This document shows positions 1 to 13,493 of a stretch of DNA of 64,000 nt, one piece after another; the stretch's first letter is position 1, and every line of letters starts with the position of its first letter. The notes under the pieces are model-generated. The model worked only from the letters and a program-made list of their open reading frames with translations, was not told the origin of the DNA and ran no database searches. The stretch covers positions 12,648,001 to 12,712,000 of the forward strand of contig CP075495.1 in NCBI GenBank assembly GCA_021613535.1, given 5' to 3'. The stretch is from Adineta vaga (Eukaryota > Animalia > Rotifera). Made by a program: the position numbers and the translations under genes.

Positions 1-525
1 ATTATTTGCTTTATGACTTTTATCAACGACAACAAGGGCATTATAGAACAACAATAGTATATGTTGTCTTTATGGTATTTTTATCGATTTATTTTCTCCT
101 TTCTGTGTTTTGTTGAATGTAAAAAAAAGATCGAGTTTTTCTGTTCTAAATTGTTAAACTGCCACGTATGAAAAGAACTATTTTCTTACTGACAAATGAC
201 ATTTATTTTTATCAAGAATGATGAAATAACATGAAGGAAAAGAGAACACAATGATGAAAGAAATCCAGATATGACGATGCACTTCAGGATGTACGATAAA
301 TAGTCCTTTGCATTACCTTTTTTGGTGACGAAGAACGAGAAAAGAAGAATTTCATAATCATTGTTCTCATCACATTTATAAAAGATCAGCAGCATTACAT
401 ACACCGAAGAAAAGAAGAAATATGAGTCATAGTTGAGAGAAAAACATTTTTTTAGTTTTTTAATAGTTTCACTGCATTTGCACTCGTAACCGGTTTGTTT
501 TGTTTGTGATATAGATCATTCAAAA

Positions 526-3500
526 ATGGATGGTAATTCAAACGATTTAAATCATCGGCAAGTATATCCACTCGATGAAATTAAGAATGCTAATGGCGCT
601 CATCAAACTCCAAATACATCGTCATCCAAGTATGACTTATTCTTCTAAAAAAAGGCACACTAGTTTGTCTTATTAAACTATTTTAGTATCAAAATGAAAG
701 ATATTTTCGAGAAAAAAGATGAGAGTGAAAAGAAGAATAAAGAACCTACACAAGTCGTCGGATTTTTAAGTCTTGTATGTTATATTTATATTCTTTTTGA
801 AGAAAATTCAACAAATGTTACATATAGTTTCGATTTGCCAATGGAAACGATTATTTATACATGATAGTTGGTACTTTTGCCGGTATAGAAATCATTTTTA
901 TACTAATATTTCTGTGCTTAATGAATATTTTTTTGATTATTTAGCACTAGCTCATGGGGCTGCATTTCCATTAAGTATATAATTGAGTAGAACAATAGAA
1001 CATACTTAAGAAATAATGTATTTAGTGTTATTGGTTTTTGGAAATGTCACAGATGTATTTACCGGTCGAACATTCGACTTATGTTCATTCAATTTCACAA
1101 TTTTTCAAGGTCGTTGTCCACCTGGTGTAGAATTAAATACAGAGAATTTTTTTACTGAATATGTGTATGTTTGTATTTTGTTTCTATTGAAAATTAATTT
1201 AATTTCTTCTTATAGCAAATGTAATCTGACTGGTTTAGATTTCCCTTTGCCCAATGTAGATTTTCTTGGAACGATTCGTCAACAATCATTATGGCTGACT
1301 AGTAAGTCACAATGTAGAGAAAGAGGAATACATCAAATATGAAAAGATTCATGGATAGATTTACAGTTGTCTTCTAACAGCTCATGTTTTATTATTCTTG
1401 AATAAGTTCAAGTTTCAAAAGTTTTGCATATAGGAAGACTGAAGCAGAATATGATTCTAAGAAAAATGAGATTATTTTCATACAAATGAATTCAAAAATC
1501 TAAATACATTGAAATCGAACATATCATCTCTTCCATTCTGATTTAAGCAAAAAAATCGATTGCATGTTATTTATTTAGTTATGGGATGTGGAACAATAGT
1601 GGTGGGATATTTTCAAGTTGCTTTCTGGTCTATTGCTTGTGAACGACAAACACGTCGTATTCGTGAAACACTGTTTCGATCAATACTTCATAAAGAAATT
1701 GCTTATTTTGATACCTATAAAACAGGTGAACTGAGTACAAGATTATCTGATGATGTTAACAAAGTTCATGATGGTATTGGAGACAAAGTCGGTTCAGCAT
1801 TACAATTTTTTGCTGGTTTTATTGCTGGTCTTGCTCTTGGGTAGATTTTTACAATATATATATACATATAGAGTTGTCTTTCAAGTCTGATCTTTTTTGT
1901 TTCTATTTAGATTGATCAAAGGATGGAAATTAACATTAGTGATACTTTCTGTTAGTCCATTGCTATTTTTCAGCGCAATGATCATTACAAAAGTATAGTC
2001 TCATGCACAAAAGAATAGATTGATATAAAATGTAATTACTTCTTTTATAGATAACTGCAAAAATGACTTCACAAGAATTGAAAGCCTATGCTAAAGCTGG
2101 TGCTGTTGCAGAAGAAGTATTGAGTAGTATACGAACTGTATTTTCATATAATGGTGCAGCTTATGAAGTGAAAAGGTAATAAATTCTATTTAATTTATTG
2201 ATATTTTGACACATTTCGTTTTCATTTAGATATGAAAAACATTTGAGAGCCGCCAAATTACGCGGTGTTCGAAAGGGAGTTTTTAATGGAGTATTAATGG
2301 GTACTATATTTTGTTTAATGTTTTGTACCTATGCATTGGTATGAAGATTTTGAGTATCTTAGCTTAGAAACTATACTTGAATTCATAGGGTTTTTGGTAT
2401 GGTGCAAAACTTGTTCGGGAAGAAGATTATTCTATTGGAGCAATTCTTATTGTAAATTTTATTCAGATATGAAAAAGAAACAATTTTCTAAAATTGATCT
2501 TTTTCTAATAGGTATTTTTTTCAATTATTACCGCAGTCTTTAGTCTTGGCCAAGCTGCTCCTCATTTACAATCCATGGCACAAGCTCGTGGTGCAGCTTT
2601 TACATTATGGACTATTATCGATACAGTATGCAACCATTGAACTTTCGAAGTTTTCAAAACAAAACCGAAGTATTTTCTGTTTTTAGCCATCGAAAATAAC
2701 TATAAGTAATACAGGTGGTACTAAAAAAGAGGATCTAACTGGTGACATACAATTTTCAAATGTTAACTTTGTTTATCCATCTCGACCTGATGTTCCTGTA
2801 CACAATAGTCTAAGCTTTACAGCTAAATCAGGTGAGACAACAGCACTTGTTGGTACATCGGGTTGTGGAAAGGTAACTATATGTTTTTGCTCATCTAAAT
2901 AGAAATGAAACATATCTTCATATATTTAGAGTACGTGTATGCAACTATTGCAACGATTCTATGATCCAATCGAAGGTACCGTTAAAATTGATGGTATTTC
3001 TGTTAATGAATATAATCTTACTTGGCTTCGACAACATATTGGTGTTGTATCTCAAGAACCCATTCTATTTCAATTAAGTATTAGAGAAAATATTCGTTTT
3101 GGAAGAATGGATGCTACACCAGATGAAATTGAAAAAGCGGCTAGAATGGCTAATGCACATGATTTTATCATAAATTTACCAGATAAATACAATACTCTTG
3201 TTGGTGAACGTGGTGCACAATTGAGTGGAGTATGTTTTTATAGAAATGATTTCATATAATTCTTTTTTTCCTCTTGTTCTTCTAGGGACAAAAACAACGA
3301 ATTGGTAAAATTGCATAAATCTTCTTTTGTGAAATGAACAAATTCTTTTCTTATAATTTATTTAGCTATTGCTCGAGCCCTCATTCGTAATCCACGCATT
3401 CTCTTACTTGACGAAGCAACTGTAAGATGAAAATAATTCCTTTGGAAATCATTGATAAACTATCGTTTTTGTCTTCTTTAGAGTGCACTCGATACGGAAA

Positions 3501-6500
3501 GTGAACGTGTAGTACAAGATGCTCTTGATCGTGCATCACAAGGTCGTACAACTATCGTTATTGCACATCGTTTATCAACGATTGTCAATGCATCTAAAAT
3601 TATTGTCCTTGATAAAGGTTCAGTTATCGAAGAAGGTAGAAATCAATGAAAATAACTGTTTGGATAAACGAAAGTTTTGTCTTCTGCTAGGAAATCATCA
3701 GACATTGATGGATGCAAGAGGTGTTTATCGTGGTCTAGTTGAAGCACAAAATTTACGTTTAAATAATGATGATGATGATGATGAAAAAGAATTGGATGAG
3801 AATGGCATGAAAAGTATGAAAGTTTTGTTATTCGTCATCTTTCTTCTTATGCTCTAGGAATGAATTTAATATTCAACATTTAGTTAAGAGAGGATTTATA
3901 TCTCATTCTTTTATTTTCAGAAATTCCTGTTTATGACCGAACGAGATCATTAAGTAATTCCAATCAATATCAAAAACAATTATCAACAGATGATAAAGAA
4001 GCAAATAAAACAGACGACAATGGAAAAGAATCTATCGAGGTAAATGTTTGATAGTTATCCTTATAACCACTATATAGTTTTGTGTGTTCAATTAATCAAT
4101 ATAATAGAAATTTCTTAGTAAGTATAACTAAAACAAGATCATCATATTATGTATCCAACAAACATATTCTTCCCAATATCGATATATACTTCTTTACACT
4201 AATTCACATCATTTTCTTAAAGATGACTACGACTTTTCTTGATCAGAAAGAAAGGATCAACTTGTAAAGTCTGTAAGATAATCTACATGTTGTATAATAT
4301 ATCGTCATCTTTTGCACGCTTTTGTTATCATTACACTGACATTTATATTATACAAACAAATCTATCGTACGATGTTTATGCTATCTTTTTAGTACACGGG
4401 ACCTTCACCATTTTTTACTATGCTTAAAATGAATCGTCCAGAATTACTCTATATTATATTTGGTTGTCTCGCATGTATTTGTAATGGAGGCAAGTTGTGA
4501 ATTGTTTTGACTATTGAAATCTTTCTTTTTTATTCTTGTCTAGGTGTTCAACCGGCATTTGGTGTGATTTTAAGTAAAGTTATTGCTGTAAGTTATGAAA
4601 CATCATCGAAAATATTTAATTAATCTTAATCTCAATTATTAAAGGTTTTTCAAACATGTGATGCAGGTGTTCAAGAACGTCGAATATTAATGTATATTTT
4701 AATTTTTATTGGTCTCGGATTTTTAATGCTTTTTACAATGTTTTTACAAGTAAATATGAAAGTATTCTATATGATAAAATTCTGTATGTAATGTTCGTTT
4801 TTTAGAGTTATCTTTTTGCAATGTCCGGTGAAGCATTAACACAACGTCTTCGTTCAAAAATCTTTCGGACTTTATTACGACAAGATGTTGCTTATTTCGA
4901 TGAACCTGATAATAATACGGGTGCTCTGTGTACTCGTCTTGCTACAGAAGCATCCGATGTTCAAGGAGTATGCATAGACGATTTGGATTTCTTTTCACTG
5001 AATTAAATATTTATTCAATTATTTATTGTAGGCAACTGGTATTCGAATTGGTACTATGTTACAAAATATTTCCAATCTTGGTGTTGGAATGATTTTAGCA
5101 TTTATTTATGGTTGGTCATTAACTTTAATTATGTTAGCTTTTGTTCCATTCATGATTATTGCTGGATTCTTACAAACATATCTCATGACTGGTTTTGCAA
5201 ATAATGTATGAATTAGAAAAAGAAGAATTAAAATATTGTTTTTTTTTCGTTTTGCTTATCCTTTAGGACAAGAAAGCATTGGAAAATGCCGGAAAAGTAT
5301 GTCGATTCAGTTCTATATAGATTTCTCACGATAATGTTTCGTTCATTATAGATTGCTGTTGAAGCTATATCAAATATTCGAACAGTAGTACAGTTAACTA
5401 AAGAGCAACATTTCGATGATGAATATAGTGAATTACTTAATTTACCTTTTCGGTATGTACGAAAAAAGATTTAGTAAAGTAATGATTACATATGTATATT
5501 TATATTGTTTGTTATAGAAACAGTTTGAAACGAGCACATGTTTTTGGAATACTATTCAGTTTTACGGATGCAGTAAGAATGATTTGAATTGAATTGAATT
5601 TGTTTTAATTAATTTTATTATATAAAAGATTATGTTTTTTGCACAAGCAGCCTTATTCAGTTTTGGAGCTTGGCGAGTTGAACAAGGAGCAATGACGTAT
5701 GAATATTTCATGAGATTATTTATTCTAATTCAATCTTCTTCCTTTTTTCTTTTAGTTTTGAAAATATTATGCTGTAAGTTTACAAAGTTTGTCTTGCAGT
5801 ATTTCTTTTATTATCTGTTCTATTTCATCAGTGTACTCAATTGTATACTATTTGGTGCCATGGCTGTAAGTCATTTGTCACATTCAATATAATGTATAAC
5901 GATTTGATTTTTAAAGGTCGGTCAAACAGCTTCAATGTCTCCAGATTATTCAAAAGCGATTGTATGTTTGAGTTTAAATTAGATGAACATTATTCTATAT
6001 GATGGGATTCTTCTAGGCATCATCGAAGAAAATCTTAGCTTTATTTCAACGTGAACCAGTTATTGATAATTCATCGAGTGCTGGAGAAATTATAGTAAGG
6101 AAAACAGGATGAAATGATGATTTGTTTTCATTGTTGATTTTCTTTTTCTCAAGAACAATTTTTATGGTCGAATCAATTTAAATAAACTCGAATTTTGTTA
6201 TCCTAATCGAACAAAAGTACAAGTTCTCAAAGATTTTCAATTAACTATTGAACCAAGTATGATTATATTCGTTTCATATTCGAAAAATTAATCTCATTTC
6301 ATTCAGATAAACAAATTGCACTTGTTGGTTCTTCGGGTTGTGGAAAAAGTACAATTATTCAACTACTCGAACATTTCTATAATCCAACAGATGGACAAAT
6401 AGTAAGTTGATTTAATTGAAAGAAGAACTACTTTCTCACCTATGTATTTTATAGTTAATTGATCAAAAAGATATTTCATCTTTAAATCTTCAATGGTGGA

Positions 6501-7121
6501 GAAGTCAAATAGGTTTTGTTAGTCAAGAACCAATTCTTTTTGATGCATCAATTCGAGATAATATTGCCTATGGTGATACGACAAGAGATATTCAAATGGA
6601 TGAAATTCAAGAAGCTGCTAAAAAAGCGAATATCAGTCGTTTTATTGAGAATTTACCAGAAAAATATGAGACCAATGTTGGTACCAAAGGAACACAATTA
6701 TCTGGTGGTGAAAAACAGCGAATTGGTAAAATTGCATAAATCTTCTTTTGTGAAATGAACAAATTCTTTTCTTATAATTTATTTAGCTATTGCTCGAGCC
6801 CTCATTCGTAATCCACGCATTCTCTTACTTGACGAAGCAACTGTAAGATGAAAATAATTCCTTTGGAAATCATTGATAAACTATCGTTTTTGTCTTCTAT
6901 AGAGTGCACTCGATACGGAAAGTGAACGTGTAGTACAAGATGCTCTTGATCGTGCATCACAAGGTCGTACAACTATCGTTATTGCACATCGTTTATCGAC
7001 TATACAAAATTCAGATCTTATTTGCGTTGTTCATCGTGGTCACATTGTTGAATCAGGTCGACATGAAGAGTTATTGGCACTTAAAGGGCATTATTATCGA
7101 TTGGCGCAAGCAAAAAAATGA
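526..7121 (+). CDS. ABCB1: ABCB1/MDR1-type P-glycoprotein, full transporter (TMD-NBD-TMD-NBD), about 30 short exons
   Basis: Spliced translation gives TMD1 ([33 protein letters not shown]). NBD1 has Walker A GTSGCGK|ST, Q-loop VSQEP, signature LSG|GQKQR, Walker B ILLLDEAT|SALD and AHRL. TMD2 contains [25 protein letters not shown], and NBD2 has [17 protein letters not shown] and [14 protein letters not shown] at 526, TGA at 7119-7121. Subfamily B is secure; exact orthology to ABCB1 is not. Confidence 0.95.
3298..3576 (+). repeat. Copy 1 of a 279-bp intragenic direct repeat (ABCB1 NBD1, includes introns 3305-3365 and 3422-3481)
   Basis: Identical to 6719-6997 at an offset of 3421 bp, except T3478 versus A6899. 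Confidence 0.95.
6719..6997 (+). repeat. Copy 2 of the 279-bp intragenic direct repeat (ABCB1 NBD2)
   Basis: Direct base-by-base comparison with 3298-3576 shows a single mismatch, located in an intron. Confidence 0.95.
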
Positions 7122-7372
7122 CATTTTATTTTCAAAGAGTTCTATTTTTTATTTAGCGAGGCTTATGTTTGCTGGTGATTTTCTTTTGCTTTATACGTTA
7201 GTTTTTTGAATAAATAAAAAACAACAATGATTTTGGATTGTATGTCGTATAACAAACAAGAAGAAGAAGAAGAAGAAGTGCGCGAAAACGCATACAAATA
7301 GAAATGAAAATATGTTTCTTGTTTTCTTTCAAAGTTCTTGACTTAAACTACTTTTTTAAGTAATATTTTTGT

Positions 7373-9099
7373 TTAATATGGTGAATAATTTGATGAGCCA
7401 CCATTGCCACGACTTGCGCCACGGTATGATCCGCCTCGACCACCACGGTATGAGCCACCTAAGTGAAAATAATGATAATCATTATGTGTTACTAATATAA
7501 TATTTACCTCGATCATCATTGTCTCGGAAAGAGTCTTCACCGCCACTATCGCGACCTACAAAAAATATTTTTAATAATCGAAACTATTATTTCATTTGTA
7601 TATATGTAGCAACGTACTGCGAAAGCCACCACCACCACGACGATTATCGGAAAATCCTCGTCCGCCACTTCCACTATCTGCATTACCCCATCGACCGCCA
7701 CTACCAGAATTGAAACCTGGACGGGGATTGCTATCCCAATTACTTCGGCCACCACGATAACCTGTTTTTTAAAAATACAATCGATTAATAAAATAAACTT
7801 ACTAGGGAAAAAATTTAATACGTACCACCTCGGCCACCACGACCATTGTTGTCATTACGAGGACGGCGTTGAGCAAATTGAACATGTACAGATCCACCGA
7901 TTGAATCAATATGTTGATCTATTGAAATAATTAAACAATCAAGTAATTAAATACAATAAAATTTACCATTATATTGTGCAATTGCTCGATTGGCAGTATC
8001 TTCATCTTCATAAGTTACTGTGGCACGGCCATTTCCTTCACCAGTATCACGATCCTTGTAGATCCAAATTTTTGGACCACCTGATCGATCATCTGTCTAC
8101 AAAAATAAAATCTATAGTTTTAAAATGTCCCTTGATAGACATTAACTTACTTTAATGGTTCCAACGGTTGAAAAAGCATCAAAGATCTGATCGCGTGTAA
8201 TATCCTTCGGTAAATTTTGGATGAAAATTGCATCTCGAAGAATTTCTACATCCCCGCTATCTCTATTTTGTTGGCGAAATCCATAGCCACCGCCGCCGCT
8301 GCCGCCACGTCCTAAAATATCAATAATAGATGTAAACTTCATGGTCGAAAAGCAAATTCATATCCCAAAGAACGATACAAAACAAAATTTTTCGTCTCTA
8401 ATTATCAGTCAAAAAAATACATCTTTCAAAATTAAATCAATTTTTTTTTCTATATGTTCTTTTTTTTCAAAATTCAAATCAGTAATATCTAAACTGGATC
8501 CAACGGGCATATAAATCTTACTTGAATTATTATTTCCGAATGACCCACCATATGATCCACTATTGGAAGATAGAAATCAAAATAATCATCAAACATCATA
8601 TCATACATAAAAATAGGTGTAAATTTTTATAATATCAGTATATAGTTTTTTTGTTTACCATTTCTACCAATGTCTTACTTCAATTTCTTTTCTGTATTAT
8701 TCAAGTACTTGTATGAATATAGATTTTTTTAAATAATAGAGAACTTTTTATTTTTGATTGATTTGTTCCAAAAAATAAAAGTACACTGATGTTCGTGTAT
8801 ATATATATATATATGTGTGTATATAGTTTTTCAAACGAAAATAAAAAGATTGTATTGATATTATTAATCGATAGATAAAAAAAACTAATATAACGAATGA
8901 AGCTTACCCTCCTCTAGGACCATTGTCATCATCATCATTGGAACGAGAATAGCCGCCACGCGATGAACCTGATAAATTTATTTATTTATTTTTCAATAGA
9001 ACTAAAAATACATGGGCTGAACATACCGCCACGAGATCCAGAGCTCCAAACATTTCCACTACTACCTTCATTTGAATTCATACCGCCGTTAAAAGCCAT
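7373..9099 (-). CDS. FET-family (FUS/EWSR1/TAF15/cabeza-like) RNA-binding protein: RRM plus RGG boxes
   Basis: The RRM DAIFIQNLPKDITRDQIFDAFSTVGTIK|TDDRSGGPKIWIYKDRDTGEGNGRATVTYEDEDTANRAIAQYN has the FET-type extended loop. It is flanked by RGG/YRGG repeats, and the protein ends ...SRGNGGSSNYSPY* (PY-NLS-like). ATG at 9099, TAA at 7373-7375. Confidence 0.85.
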
Positions 9100-9940
9100 T
9101 AATAATTATACAAAAAAAGCAAGTTTTGTTGGATAATTTTGTATAAATTTATGAACGACTGAAAATCGAGAGAAAAGAAAACAAAAATAAGCAAGAAATG
9201 TTTTGTTATTCACTCTTGTGCCCTAAGAACATTTCTGTATCATAACGGAGGCACGATTATTATTTACGTGTCCAAGAAAAAGATGTCCCTAGTTAACGAT
9301 CAGAAATAGTATTCTATATATAGAATAAACCAGACGATATTCTTTTCTTTTAGATATATACTTATTCTATTTCTTACTCGATCCTACAAAATACTATAAA
9401 TCGATCTGAATTCAAGATAATCATAAAAATATAACTGCAGCTTCTCGAATTCATTTTCAGAATATGTTGAATATTACTAAAGCAAACCACGTATTTTCTA
9501 TTATATATTTGTTCTATATATTCATCGATCGTACCAAAATTGCTTAGCAAACGTAGATAAAAAATCATATCAGTGTTTTTCTGACTACTGTTTCAACTCT
9601 TTCCAAACAAAGATAACATCGACGTATATGAAAATCATTTGCTTATTTGTCGTCAGATATCCATTAAACAAAAATATCTCTATTCTATACCGATTATAAA
9701 CTAAAAACTCAATGTTATACAAACTAGAAAATGTCTCCCATCATCATTACGAGCTAGATCATTATTGGGTCAGATGATCAAAGGGAATAATTATTTGCAG
9801 TATTATAATTGTTTATCATATTTTTAGTTGTATGAGAATAAAATCATCTGGTATTTTTGCTTCTTTTATCAATCTTAAATATAAATTAAAGCGAACGCTT
9901 TATCGCTAAAATAATAGTTTTTATTCAATCATTAACCATC

Positions 9941-12337
9941 ATGCTTACGAAAGCAGGTATGTCAATGAGTGGAGATAACTAATATTTTAGCGATTTTAAT
10001 AAAATAATTTCGACTATCCATCTTTCAGGTTTGTATTCTTTAATCATCACTCTTTGTATTATTTTCGTTAATGCTCGACTTGTTTCATTACAACATGAGA
10101 ATAATCAACCGCTTACTATTGATGCTCTGTCACCAAATAACGTACCTATTGTGCCAACAATGAATCGAGCAGTGAAATCAACGTCTCGTATGAATATTTC
10201 AGTGTGTTATCCAGTTCTTGGTTGTTTTGATAATAATGATCCATATAATAATGCTGCTCTAGAAATTCCTCAAGCACCTGAATTGATTGATACTCAATTT
10301 CTTCTCTTCACACAAGAAACACCATCGAATCCAGAATTTCTTGCCTATGATGGTAATGATCAATCTATTGTAGAATCAAGTCTTAATTCATCACGTTGGT
10401 TAAGAATTATTGTACACGGTTTTGTAAATAATCGAGATAGTGTTTGGATCAAACCATTGAAAGATGAATTATTAAAATTGAAAAATGTCAGTATGACATT
10501 GTTACACTTTTTTCCAACAATTTCTACTCGATATTTTTCCTAGGATGATTTGTCCGATGTACTTGTTGTTGATTGGGGTAATGGTGCTAAATTTCCATCG
10601 TATCCAAATGCTGCATCCAATACACGTCTTGTTGGCAAACAAGTTGGTTTACTTTTGAGAAAATTACATGATATGAAAGGATTTTCATATGAGAAAATTC
10701 ATTGTATTGGTTCGTAAGACATTCTAAGTGTTGGGATCATTGATCTTTGATTTGTTCTTCTTTATCTAGGACATAGTCTCGGTGCACATACATGTGGTAT
10801 AGCATCGAATACTGTCGATAATCAATTGGCTCGTATATCAGGTCTTGATCCAGCTGGTCCATATTTCGAAGGCAAAAATGTATTGGTTCGTCTTGATGAA
10901 ACGGATGCAAAATTTGTTGATGTTCTTCATACAAATACTGAAATTGCACTTGGAATGGGCCTTGGATCTAGTGAAACATCTGGACATGTCGATTTTTATG
11001 TTAATGGTGGACAACATCAACCAGGTTGCCCTTCTATGTAAATTATATACAATTATTGGAGAATCTTTTGTCTCTCATTGAATATTTATTCTCTTTCTGT
11101 TAATCCGAATAGGACGTCAATGATTGGCAGTATGCTTGGTGGTCAAACAGAAGGTAACATTATTCTATGACATATATTTGAGATATTTACAGATGATTTG
11201 AATTTATTATACATAGCTACTTTTGAACAAACATCATGTTCACATAGTAAGTGTAACAAAACAATCAATTCGAATGCAATGTTTCTTTTTACTTGAAAAA
11301 TAAATAGGTCGTGCTCATGGATACTATACAGAATCAATAAAGTAAATATAATTTCTATTCCTTTGATGAATTAAAACATTCTTTCATATATCTTAGCTCT
11401 GAATGTCCATACACAGCATTTTCATGCAATAATTATGTAAGAAAAGTTCATACTATTCGAAAGTTGTTTGAATAGGATCTGTTTTTTTAGGATAGTTTTA
11501 TGAATGGCAAATGTCGTACCTGTTCAACATCTGGATGCGCTAAAATGGGTAATTAGAATGACACTATAATATTATAATGATTTGTTCACTTTTTTTCTTC
11601 TTTGAATATACAGGTTTTCATTCAATTTATTCATCTGGTCGTGGTAATATGTATCTATCAACAAAAAATACTTCACCATTTTGTGGTTAGATTAGATTTT
11701 TCATCGAATTCGATTCTCATTCTTTTCTACATTCGATAGGTTATCATTATCTTATGGAACTTACTATAGATCAAAATGTAGCTAAAACAAGCGGTGAAAT
11801 TTTTGTTGCAATCCATTCAAATTATGAAATGTTAGCTAATATCAGTATTACTCCAAAGTATGTATTTGTCAAGATAAGAGATCAAATAAATCGAATCTCA
11901 TAATATTTACTGTTTCTTTTTTTATTCGCATAGATCTAATTCTGATATTAAAGGTGGCGATGTCTTTCGCCATATTTTCAGTTATAAAGCTGATTTAGGT
12001 CAGGTTGACTACGCCATTATCTATTTCAATAAAGGCAAAAGTCGTATGTATTTAGTCGAATAAAATCAATCGAATAAAATCCATTAAATCTTTATTTTAG
12101 TTTTCGGTTGGGGTGGTCCAAAAGCTAATGAAGTTATCATATCACATCTTCGTTTGCAAGCACTTGAAGATATTATTGTGTATGTATATAGATAAATGAA
12201 TGATTATATTTGATATATATATATATGTATCTTCTTCTTTCTGAAATAGATACACTGGACTCTGTGGAGCAAAGACAAAAGTATCAGCTTACACATCTGA
12301 AACGATTTTACTTAATCGTGATGATTGTCGTAGTTAG
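9941..12337 (+). CDS. Pancreatic triacylglycerol lipase-related secreted lipase with a C-terminal PLAT-like region
   Basis: Signal peptide followed by VCYPVLGCF, IIVHGF, VVDW, catalytic HCIG|HSLGAH, RISGLDPAGPYF, DAKFVDVLHT, HVDFYVNGGQHQPGC and CSH. Start is MLTKAG|LYSLII; TAG at 12335-12337. Confidence 0.93.
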
Positions 12338-13493
12338 AAAGATAATTCTATTTTCAATACATTTCATGTTCATTTGAAAATTAAAAATAAATATCATCGT
12401 AGAAAGAAAAGTTTATAAAGTACAAAAACAATTCATTAAAGTTACTTTTTTTTTCTATTTCGAAAGCAATGTAGTAAGTATTCCTACTTAAAATTTGACC
12501 CATTATTTGACTTACAAGACTTCGTTAATTTATTCCATTATTGTGCATGAATAAATATCAAATATATTCCAATTTCATAGACGAAAATATTTTCTTGTTA
12601 TTAATCATCATTTGCCAATCGATCGATTCTTTCTTCGTGACAAATATGCAATAATTCATTGAGAATAAAAAAGAAAAGTAATAACTATTTTCTCATATAC
12701 AATCTATGTATGACAAAAGGACATTATGGTTTTTTTCTTTCTTTCTTTCTTTCTTTACTCCCAACATCATACGACATCTGTCTACACATCAGCTGACATG
12801 GTAGATTCATTTGATTTTTTATTTTCTGTTCATCTTCCTTTTATGGAAGTTTAGTGTATTAATCTGTCCACTCTCTCTCTCTCTTATTCGTTCTTCATCG
12901 TGTCTCCTCATCTTATCAGTATCAACATGATTGGAGACCTGTTTGACGATTGTAAATATCTTTATATATAACAAAAGTTCAAGTTCATTACTTGTCAACA
13001 AAAAACAAGTTTTTTTTGGATCTACGATAGATATTTATATATTTTAGATTCGATTGATTCATCTCGTTACTATTTCCACTGATAATTTCATGTGATTTTT
13101 CTTGATTTATTCAAAGTGACAATATTGATTAATAACATAACACAATCTTTATCTCCGATCAGGTATAATCTTGTTTTTCTTCTCTTTTTTTCTTTTATAA
13201 ATATCTATAAGAAGAAAAAAAAACAAAATGATACTTATCTATTATCATATTTGTTGTTTTCTTTTTTCTGCTTCTTCTTCTACCTTTCTATAACTACCTT
13301 TGATTAATGAATTACAATTTACATTCAAGGTTTTGTCTTTCCTTTATATTTACCGTAAAGAAAAACGAATATCAACAGCATATCTATAGTCTATGCGTTT
13401 TTATACAATTTTATAAACTATTTATAAGTTTCACATATTAGAGAACTTTTTCTTCTTCTTCTTCTTCTTCGTCTTCGAATTATTATACATCGA

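Noticed and set aside
526-7121. ABCB1 as a horizontally acquired bacterial or fungal transporter
   Set aside because: It is a full-length, intron-rich gene with typical animal P-gp motifs, and nothing in the sequence supports foreign origin.
3519-7209. ORF-track peptides starting [19 protein letters not shown] at 3519 and 6940 as duplicated small genes
   Set aside because: They are off-frame readings of the repeated ABCB1 NBD tract.
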